DNA of 45,051 nucleotides, the filler included, from Jimgerdemannia flammicorona (lineage: Eukaryota), in assembly GCA_003990765.1 (NCBI GenBank). It is 2 parts of 2 records of this genome, joined end to end, with 100 filler letters (N's around TTAATTAATTAA, not from the genome) between each part and the next. Parts side by side here need not be neighbours in the genome. Positions count along the whole stretch, not along the records: positions 22,577 to 45,051 come from RBNJ01001273.1; 1 more part is not named here. One strand, written 5' to 3'. Each line of letters starts with the position of its first letter. Position 1 is the stretch's first letter. This document shows, piece by piece, positions 35,320-45,051 of this stretch. The notes under the pieces are model-generated. The model worked only from the letters and a program-made list of their open reading frames with translations. It was not told the origin of the DNA and did not search any database. Both the position numbers and the translations under genes were made by a program.

Positions 35320-37675
35320 TTGACTATATTATCTCTGCTTATACAAGATAGAGATAATTCAAAAATATTCTATTTCATCAAATCTCACAGAACTTCAGTT
35401 CTTCTTTGGTCTAGCTGGTTACTATTATTACTTTATTAGAAATTTCTCTAGTATTGCTAAGCTACTGACTAATATTATGAGGAAGACTCCTCACTTTGAT
35501 TACTATATATCCTATACCTGAGACTTCTTTTATCAACAAGTCTACCAAAAACTTAAGAATTACCTGATCTATACTCTAGTTCAGTATAATATAGATCTAA
35601 GTCTGAAATTTACCATTATTACTAATATATCAAATTTTACCATTAGAGCAATTCTGTTATAAGATGATGAGAAAGGACATCACTCTATTGTCTTTGAGTT
35701 TTATAAGTTATTTTTAGTAGAACAAAAGCTAACTACCTATGAGAAAGAGCTACTAGTAATAATATATATACTAAACTACTAGTGATGCTATCTAGAAGAT
35801 ATTGAGTTTGATGTTACATATTACTGATCATTAATCTCTTAAGTATATATCAATATCCAATCTATCCTATTATATCTATAAGCTAAGTGGAGTCTAAAGC
35901 TTCAAATCTTTGATCTGATAATTATCTATAGGTCTGGCAAAATACTTATAGTACTAGATATCTTATTCAGATACTCAGATCTTGCTATAATCATATAAGT
36001 CACTTTGGCATCAGAATTCCTAGACCAATTAAGTAAGCTTATAAAGAAGATACTATTACTACTAGAGTTTTCTCAAATAAGCTCAAGAATATATATACCA
36101 TCAAAGATAACCTGATCTACTATCAAGACAAAGTCTATCTATCTAACAATATGAGTCTATACTATAAGATACTATAAGAATACCATAACTTGTCATTTTG
36201 GAATTGAGAAAACTATTAAGAATATTCAGTATCACTACTATTGATCAAGTATAGTCAATAAAATTAAGAACTATATTGCTAGCTATGACCTCTGTCAGTA
36301 CAATAAGTCTACTAACCAGATACTAGCTAGTTTATTACAACTACTACTAATTCTAACTAAGAAATTTGAATAAGTTATAATAGACTTTATAACTCAACTA
36401 CTATGAATCTAATTTAGTATTAATATTATTATTATATTTGTTAACTGTCTGACCAAAACTATGATTGCTGAACTAACTACTATCAATGTCATCATACTTA
36501 AGATTATAAGAATCTTCTAGTCTATTTTCTATCACTATTATCTACTATGAGTAATTGTCAGTAACTATGACCTCAAGTTCACCAGTCACTTTTGGCAAGC
36601 TCTTTTCAAGACTCTAGAAATCCAATTGGTCATATATACTACCTTTTATCTACAAACTAATTGACAAACTGAGTATATGAACAGAACCCCAGAACAAATT
36701 CTCAGAAACTATATTTCTTATGAATAAGATAATTGAGACTATTATCTGACTTATATAGAATTTATATATAATAATACCATTCAATCATCTACTGGCCTTT
36801 TCTCCTTTCAGCTACTCTATAGTTAAGATCCTAAGACTTCTGTAAGTTTAGTCTCTTTTAAGAAAAGTAGTTAAATATAAGTTCTTACTATCAAGAACCT
36901 TATAGATAAAATAGATGAACTACTTAAGATTATTACTATAAACCTCTAGAAAGTCCAACAGCATCAAGCTAAGTATGCTATATTATGATATTACTTATAC
37001 TATTAGTAATCAAGTTCTACTGTTTACTAAGAATCACAAGATATAATCTCAAGTCAACTATTCTTTGAATAAATTTTAGTCTAAGTATATTAGATCCTTT
37101 GAGATTTCTGAATAAGTCTCTATATCCTTCTATTATCTCAAGCTATCTGAAACCATGAGAGTATATTCAGTCATTTATATATTATATCTCAAGATCTGGA
37201 ACTAGTCACCACTCTATCTTGATTGAATTTCTAAGCTATCTGTCTCTATGATTATTGAAGACTATATTAAGTATAAAGTTGAGAAAATTCTTGACAAATG
37301 AATCTACTATCATCATTCTGAATATCTGGTCAAACAGATGGACTGTTCTGAATATAATACTACTTAGAAACCACTAGTTAACCTTAAGAACTCCTAAGAC
37401 CTAGTCCAAGACTTTAAGATAAAATACATTGCTTAATCTCTAATGACCTACAGCAATAACTAGTACCTTATGTATTGAAAGTTTACTTTAGAACTCCAGA
37501 ACTAGTAAAATATCTAATAAATAAGAAGTATATTAAAATGAAACTACTAGCTAAGTTTGAACCTCTTCTAGATAATTAGTCTAGTAATAGACCCTCTATC
37601 CTATATAAGAATAGTTAGTTCTTACTAATGTACTAATATAAGTTTGAGAAATTTTGATTGAGGATATTGGTTCTT

Positions 37676-37688
37676 AAGAAGGAAAGGA
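37676..37688 (+). promoter_or_regulatory. Polypurine tract of the chromovirus; 3' LTR starts at ~37689
   Basis: TTCTT-AAGAAGGAAAGGA-TATAAC (decayed TGTAAC) downstream of the chromodomain. Confidence 0.7.
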
Positions 37689-38343
37689 TATAACAATTTC
37701 ACAGTTATTATTATGAAAAAATAATTTAGTTCTAAGTGTGTTTCTCAGAAATCTACAAATTCTAGTATATGTTTACAATAGTATATTATAAACTTGAACA
37801 TATTTTATAGATAAAAATATATATATATTCAAAAATTTACTATAGACATAAACTTGTTTCATTAATAATAGATATAAACCCTTTAATATAAGTAATTAAC
37901 TAATATTCTATAGATATAAACTCTTTAATATATATATAAACTTATATTATATAGATATAAATAGCTTGCAAATAATAAGTAAACACAAGGTTGAATTTTC
38001 AAAAAAGACTATTTTATTTCTTTTTTTATTTACAAAACTCTCACAAATAATTACTCTCTATAGATACTTTCCTTCTACAAATACTTTCTTCTTCTGTAAA
38101 TAGTTTCTTCTACTACTATGTATCCTGCTCTGTATTCTACTTATCTCTCTCTTAGATCAGATTATTTTTATTTAATAAAAGAGAAATATTAGAGATATCA
38201 ATCATCTCATTATTTTCATCTGAGTCAATATCTTTATACAGGTCACAAACTGTTTTTTCAATCTCAAGTAGATCAATGTAGTTATAAACTTTATTAATCA
38301 TTCCAAGCTATTTTATATACATATATTTTCTTGTACTCTCTTT

Positions 38344-38402
38344 TATTTTTTTTTTATTTTTTTTTTTTTATAGTCACTTGGACTCTGTCTTTATTATCAG
38401 TC
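38344..38402 (-). mobile_element. Extremely 5'-truncated LINE stub (about 33 nt of 3' end plus poly(A))
   Basis: The reverse complement CTGATAATAAAGACAGAGTCCAAGTGACTA-An matches the LINE-A 3' end. TSD TGTACTCTCTTT at 38332-38343 / 38403-38414. Confidence 0.88.
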
Positions 38403-39361
38403 TGTACTCTCTTTCATTGAAAGTTCTTGGTAAGACATCAGACCAGATAATATAATCTAGCTATAATTATATAAAGGAATAAGTATATACTAAATAAGTA
38501 TATACTTATAAATATAAATCTACAAACTTAAAAATATACTTACAAATATATAAATAATAGTAACTGTATAATAGTTAATATATTTGTCTTTTTGAAACAT
38601 ATTTACAAACTAATGTTTCCATTTGAAGAATATGAAATAAAGTAATTACTTTATATAGTTACTATAGAATAGCTTGCTGAGCTCACCCTTATTATTCTTT
38701 AGATAAATGAAATTATTCTGGACTTACAAATATTATACTACTTGTTGGTGAGTATGAGCAAGATCTTTTGAAGCTATAGCTCTTAGCTGGTTCACATTGA
38801 AGAAGATTTGATCAAACTTTTTATCAAAGACTTTGCAAATATAGAAATAATAGACTATAATTTGATAGTATAGCTATTGTGGCATATAATTTGTATATCT
38901 GGTTTGCTGATATATAGCTTAATATGCTACTAGATATCTGTATACTTATTTATCTCTTTATCTAACAATATTCTAACACAATATTTATTTTAACTACTAT
39001 TCAATTTATTCATATTTGTAACTAGTTGAAGTTTATATATTATTGGTCATATAACTAGTCATTCAGAATGACAAAAAGGTTAGAATAGTATATATCAATC
39101 ATACAGCTTCCTGTGTTATTTGCAGGGTTTCTAGTAATCATTTTCACATATTTTCTATATTTTCTGGAGTTATTTCTATTGGCTGAAGTGGTATTTTCTA
39201 GTCTTATTTCTTATATCTTGAGTTCTATGATAATTTTCCAATTTCTATAATAGTTCTTGGTATTCTAAATAGTAGTCATTTTCTTATCTAGCTGTGATGA
39301 CATATTCTGATTTTGTTTTCTGAATGGTGGATGTTTCTGATATCTGATTTTATAGTAGTAT

Positions 39362-39982
39362 TAACTAACTAACTTATATCATTAATGTATAGTCTTGATC
39401 TTATATCTTAAATTCTGTAGTAAGAGAAATTCTTCATCTCAAACCTTGAGCAATTATTACTCTAGTTATCTTATTTCTTAGAATTATTTCTGTCTCTTGA
39501 AGGCAGTATATTTCTCTATAAAACTTCTTTTTACTTCAAACTCAAACTGACTTATATTTTGAGTTTTGTATAGTCTGTAGTCTTGTATTCAATTTCATAG
39601 TAGTAGTAAGAGTAATTCTTTAACTTAAATCTTAAGTAATTATTGCTTTAATTATCTTGTTTCTTAGAATTATTTCTATCTCTTAGAGATAGTGTATTTC
39701 TCTATAAAACTTCTTTTTACCTTAAACTTGAACTAACTTGTATCTTGAGTTTCTTGGTGAATTTTGATTTCCAAGGTGACATTAACTAACTAACTTATAT
39801 CTTGAATTTTATATGGTCTATGGTCTTTTATCCAATTTTGTAGTAGTGATAAGAGTAATTCTTCAACTCAAATCTTAAGTAATTGTTACTCTAGTTATCT
39901 TATTTCTTAGAATTATTTTCATCTCTTAGAGATAGTGTATTTTTCTGAAAAACTTCTTTTTACTTTAAACTCAAACTGACTG
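39362..39982 (-). repeat. Three diverged ~150-240-bp repeats in a decayed coding-like region
   Basis: A shared core CTTAGAATTATTT…ATTT.TCT..AAAACTTCTTTTTAC.T.AAACT at ~39478, ~39663 and ~39906. The minus strand reads FE.KRSF.EKYT…EIR.LE. Confidence 0.75.
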
Positions 39983-40191
39983 AGATTTATTCACTACAGA
40001 TCAGAGGATATTTATATAGTTTTCAGGCTATGTATAAGGTTAGATAATTGGTTTTAACTCACAATTACTATAAAATACTAATTAGAATAATTTTGAAATT
40101 TAGGTAACTAACTAACTGGATTAGGCTAATTTTATATTTGTAATAATTTTGACTAGTTAATATATAGTCACTATTTATTCAACTAACTAAC

Positions 40192-41345
40192 TTACTCAAT
40201 TTGGCTAATAGAGCCATCCTCATGTATCTTAAAATTCAATATAACTAGAATTATATCATTCTTATTCTCTTCCTTATTTTCTTCAGGAAGTCCAGCTAAA
40301 TCATTTTCTATATCTTCCAGAAAGTTGTTGAAGTTATCTTCTAACAAAATTAGTAAGTTATCACTATTCTCTAAGTTATTATTGATAATATATATTACTA
40401 AGGAGTATAAGATCATTCTATTCTTAATATCTCTAGTTAATAGTAAGGTCATCCACAAAATAGAAAACATTTGTTAAATTCTGAGAGAAGTAGACTCTTA
40501 AGGAGGGGGGCCTTGAAATAGTACAATTAGACCATAGATGAACTGATCTGAATTATCCTCTAGAATAGAGTTCTAAAGGTCTTAAACCTCATCACTCTTG
40601 ACCTATAATGATAGATTGAGTTTCTTCTGTAATCATTTCTTCAAGATAATCTATATGATAGTTTATTAGTTCTTAAATATTAGAGACTTTAATATATTCC
40701 AGATTAGGAATGGTCTAGAGTATATATCTGAAGATCTAATGAACTCTTTTAACTAATTTCTATTTATGTCTATTTATGTATATAATGTCTGTAATTTCTT
40801 AGGAGTTGACTTGTGAGAATTCTTAGTAGAGTGATATCTCTTCTTATATTTTTACTATATCTAGAAGTACTTAGTAGTAGTGATTCTTATCTTCATTTCT
40901 CAGTAGTTAAGAGTATAGTAACAGGGGTCTCTTATATAGAGATTCAGACTAGGGGTCTTTCTTGTATATAATCTCATTACTCTTTTGATATCAGTAAATA
41001 TCAGTTCTTGAACTGATGGATCTGAGTAACTCCTTAACCTTACTATTTAGCAGATAGTAGGTATTTTGTTTTATAGAAAGTCTCTTATTTATAGTTGATG
41101 TTTTTTACTTCTTCTCTTAATACTTCTTTTATATCTTGAGGGTCTTTTTCTTTAATCCATAAGATAGGGTCACCTGACTTATAGTAATATACTATTAGAC
41201 TTATTATGAGTCATTATGAGTTCAGATAGGAATTATCTTCTAATTAAGATAAGTTATAGTTGAGTCATATCTTGCAACTAGTGGCTTACAAAGTTAAGAC
41301 AGTCTTCTAAATTCTGATATCACTGGTTTTGAAGATATCATTACA
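40192..41345 (-). mobile_element. Old, diverged copy of the ORF-bearing LTR (related subfamily)
   Basis: The minus strand encodes KRVH*IFRYIL*TIPNLEYIKVSNI and an acidic tail ending VILNFK. The terminus …CATTACA at 41345 keeps the TG start. The left boundary is unclear. Confidence 0.75.
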
Positions 41346-43530
41346 CTATATAAAAATGAAAATAGTTGAGTTTATGAACTATCAAATAAATATATAAATA
41401 GAATATGAATGAAACTCACTATAGTATAAATTGAACTATTGCTGTCTTTGGTCTTTAAGCTCATGTTCTTCAAAATTTAACAATAATATCTGTTTTTAGA
41501 TTACTATTATACTTTGAGAAAAGGTCTTTAAGAAAAAGATATTAAAGAAGTATATATATCTACTGTAAGCTTCTAGATCACTTTATTAAACTTATATTTT
41601 TAGCAGAGATTACTGATACCTATGAATCTACCAAATTATAATATGAAAATTCAATTTATATTCATAAACAGGCTATAATATACAAACTATAATTCATAAA
41701 CTTATTATCAAAAACAACTTACCTGTTTCTTTTTCTATCTCACTTAACTATCTGTTCTATATATTTGACCAAATGAGCCTCTACATCATTGTTCTGAAGT
41801 ACTTTATTATCTGGAAGTATCTCATCATTATCTGAAAGCATTTTACTATATGAAAACACCTCATCATTCTGAATTATAAGCTTGGATTATTTATTATTCT
41901 CTTCTCTACCTCTGCTTTATTTACTCTCATTCTATTCATCTTGATCTTATACAGTCTTTTGCTATTTGGCTGCTCTCTTTTCTGGGTATAATGTGGTCTG
42001 CTTTTAGTATTATATATATTTATGGTCTGGTACAGCCTGTCTATAGTCTGCTTCTTAATTTTATACATCTTTGTAGTCTTCTCCTTAGTTTTATATATCT
42101 TTATAGTTTGGTACAGCCTGTCTATAGTCTGCTGCTCCTTGGTTTTACAGAACTGACATAATTTGTTCATAGCTTGGTATATATTATTTATAGCTTAGTA
42201 CTTATTATTTATACTAGAATATATTTTATTTATCTTAAGATATGATCTGTTGTCTTTAGATATGAAAAGATTGTAGTAGGGGAGAGGATAAGAAAAGATA
42301 TAATTCTTCTAAGTGAAGACCTCTTTTTATACTTATAATATTCATAATGAATATATATATATTAACAGATATCAGAAAGTCTAATAAGTGAGAGCTTACT
42401 TATATTAAGTTAATATAATTATATAATGAGTTTAATTAATATAATAATATATATAAATATAAGTATATTAAGTAAGTATATTAAGTAAGTATAAGTATAT
42501 TAAGTAGGTAAAGAGCATTAAGCAAGTACAAGCACATTAAGCAAGTATAAATACATTATATAAGTACAAAAGTATAAAGCCAATCAGATAAAGAATTCTA
42601 TTTTAGACTAGTATGTTTTGTAATTATGAACTTACTAATAAACTTATAGTTAAAATTCATGAACTCAAAATATTATATATATTTCAAATTCTTCTTTACT
42701 TTTCAAATCTAATATAAATATAAAGCTTTCTTACTCATACTGTAACCTAAAGTATAAATTTACCTCAGGATTGACTTAACATATTTGTAAGATGTATGAT
42801 ATACTTACATAATATTAGAATGATTAGTTTATTCTTGAATTTCCAGTTCATTAAGATTTTAGTAACTTTAATATTACACTATCATTATCTATAAATTTAT
42901 CTATAGTTCATAAGTTAATCTTGAATTTCACATATATTTCAAGTTCAAGCAATCTATGTAAATGAACTTAGAAGATTTCAAATAATTATACTAAGTATAT
43001 ATATATAATTCAAATTAAGAGGAAAGATAATTGTTTAGGAAGAATAACAATTCAATTTAAGATCAAAGAAGTCCATCTACTATATTAGAGTTTGATGAGA
43101 ATTATATTATTTATAAACCAACTGGTAGTCAGATTATTAATAGTAAGAAAGTACTTATATAGCATAATGAATTTATTTTTAAACTCAAATAAGTACCTAT
43201 AACTGATATAAATAATCCTTTATATTCTTGAAAGAATGATAGGGAAATTTGGTTCATAAATCTATTATTTTGAAGTGAAAATATATCCTGAAAGATTGTA
43301 AATAAATGTTTTAATATATTTGCAGATAGAAGAATTTCAATAGTAAATAGGCCTCTTTAGTACACAAACTCAAGAGAGATGATAAAACTTTTAGATATAA
43401 TAGCTAAAAACAGAGTAATACATAATTAAACAGTTAATGTTTCTGTTAAATAAATGAACATTCAGTAATTCTCTTTTTCAAATTAGCTCTTTAATTGTAA
43501 AGTTTTTAATATTACTTATTATAATAGTGA

Positions 43531-44614
43531 CCCCAGAATGATGACATCAGCACAGGAGACAGCCTTTCCTTACAAGTCACCAGATCAGAGTACAAGAAGA
43601 TCATACGGCATATGAGATGAGCAATGATGACCAACTGTGAGTCATTGTGACCACAGCACAAGCATCCTGAAGAATATAAAAGAAGGATCAAGGAACTGCA
43701 GTAGCAGCAACCAACAAGAACCACCAATCCCAAAATAGCTCAAAGACTTACCATAAACAAAATGCCTGCTGCCTGCCAAACCTCAAGGTCAAGGAATCAT
43801 CAAGGTATCTCGGTCAAGGAAAGGATGTTCCAAGACATCAGAAGAGCCATGAGGACCCACTCAAGAAGGACTCCTAGCATCAACCTGGGTACTGCAGACC
43901 CTTATCACTTTATCCTCTACTGCCATGAAATGGAAACAAGGATCACCATTGCCACCGAATGCCTCCAAATGTGGCAGGAGTACGAAATAGGAAACCTCCT
44001 CTGCCAGGAGTTCCCATAGGCCAGCCCTCAAGAGCTACAAGATGCTACTCCCATGGACCTACATGAGGCAAGGACAGCAAAGAAGATCCATCAGATCTTC
44101 AGACATGCACCATGGTCAATCCCCAACTTGGAGTATGTTAGAGTCTCAGACTTCAGAGACCTGTCATCCCACCGCATCAATACACTAGAAGCCAGGGTAG
44201 CCACAGAAGCCCAGTCCACCATCACCCTCAACAGTGAAGAAGTAGAAGACTTCTGGCACCCTATCCTTCAGGACAACCCAGACCAATTCCTGCAAGGATT
44301 GATCTCAGTATTCCAAGGCCCAAGCATCCAGGTTAGATCCCCCCAAGACCCCACATTTGTCCCCTATTTTGTAGAAGAGAACCTCATAGACTGGAGAGCC
44401 CCAGACCTTGTTCCCAACATCCCCGCCACAGCCAAATGTGATGACATCATCGATGACATCATCCCGCGCGACATACCTGAAGCACGCGAACTGTGCGATG
44501 AGGCATATGAAGTATGCGAAACATGTGACCTATGATGAATTCGCAGACCTCATCTCCTTCAGTGATAATGATGATGATGACGAAGCTCCCATGATCCTGA
44601 ACTTTCTGCTCTAA
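43531..44614 (+). pseudogene. Best-preserved copy of the LTR-encoded part of ORF3
   Basis: Track ORFs 43762-44019 and 44053-44535 are the same frame, separated by one TAG. The frame extends back to the LTR start with three more stops. One frameshift near 44530 precedes the tail DDDDEAPMILNFLL*. Confidence 0.75.
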
Positions 44615-44625
44615 GTTCTTTGTTA

Positions 44626-44752
44626 CACTGGATAATGCCAGCACTGGTATTCTCATGTAACACTGGATAATGCCAGCACTGGTATTCTGAGGTGACACGA
44701 AATTGTTCCAGCACTGGTATTTTGATATGGTACTAAATAATGCCAGCCCTGG
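44626..44752. repeat. Short tandem repeats in the LTR, downstream of ORF3
   Basis: ACACTGGATAATGCCAGCACTGGTATTCT twice (35-nt period), plus partial CCAGCACTGGTATT and ATAATGCCAGC copies. The core CCAGCACTGG is a near-palindrome. Confidence 0.8.
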
Positions 44753-45051
44753 AACTTAGTAGTTTTAGTTATTGGAATTTATATTTAGCTTTATATCTTA
44801 GCAACCATTGAATTATATTTTGTATAAATATCTCTCTGATTTCCTCTGAAATAAAGCCAGTTCCTCTCAGTGCAATACACATACTTCCTTGCAAGCAATC
44901 TAAGAGATAACAAGACAGTTAAATATAAGAAGTTTGAGGACTATAAGACCTTGGGAAGGCACTCCAATAAGAACTTGCTTATAATAACTTGAGTTAGTCT
45001 AAGAGATACACCTTGAAGAGAATCTGGCATATTTGAAGAACTCAGCGACCA

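Larger units (their letters stand above)
33855..37436 (+). pseudogene. Chromoviral Ty3/Gypsy pol (partial RT, RNase H, integrase, chromodomain), degenerate
   Basis: YHQI*IK…KTMFKT, LVYLDNILIFS, KLKKCEF, YEKELLVII, DLKFTSHFWQALF; chromodomain YKVEKILDK*…EYLVK…TT*KPLVNLKN at ~37265-37420. Confidence 0.9.
43520..45051 (+). mobile_element. Younger copy of the G1-family LTR (5' or solo LTR), cut by the window end just short of its terminus
   Basis: Reverse-complement match to 945-2564 over its whole length. It starts TATAATAGTGA and retains some CpG. Confidence 0.92.

Noticed and set aside
34468..35351. Three long Cys/Leu/Pro/His-rich ORFs (264, 275 and 209 aa)
   Set aside because: By-products of a stop-poor 9-bp tandem array on the antisense strand of a retroposon.

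Overview
Eukaryotic, most likely fungal, genomic DNA. A CpG-rich gene island (~16190-22476) is flanked by nested, heavily C>T/G>A-mutated retroelements. The island holds an intronless RBR (RING1-IBR-RING2) E3 ligase gene and the 5' part of a spliced ABC-F-type ATPase gene, which is cut by an assembly gap. Left block: a Copia-like gag remnant, then a full-length minus-strand Ty3/Gypsy (938-15616) with ~1.5 kb LTRs. This Gypsy has a dUTPase between protease and RT and a ~500-codon extra ORF that runs from the end of pol through the LTR. An L1/Tx1-type LINE with a 14-bp TSD sits in its 5' LTR, and a poly(A)-only insertion sits in its integrase. Right block: a second, divergent dUTPase Gypsy with a homologous extra-ORF motif, three more LINE copies, a chromovirus carrying an SVA-like non-autonomous retroposon, and two more copies of the ORF-bearing LTR. 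The main novelty candidates are the dUTPase-plus-LTR-overlapping-ORF Gypsy lineage and the minisatellite-cored retroposon. All calls come from manual reading and translation, with no database searches, and boundaries in decayed regions are approximate.
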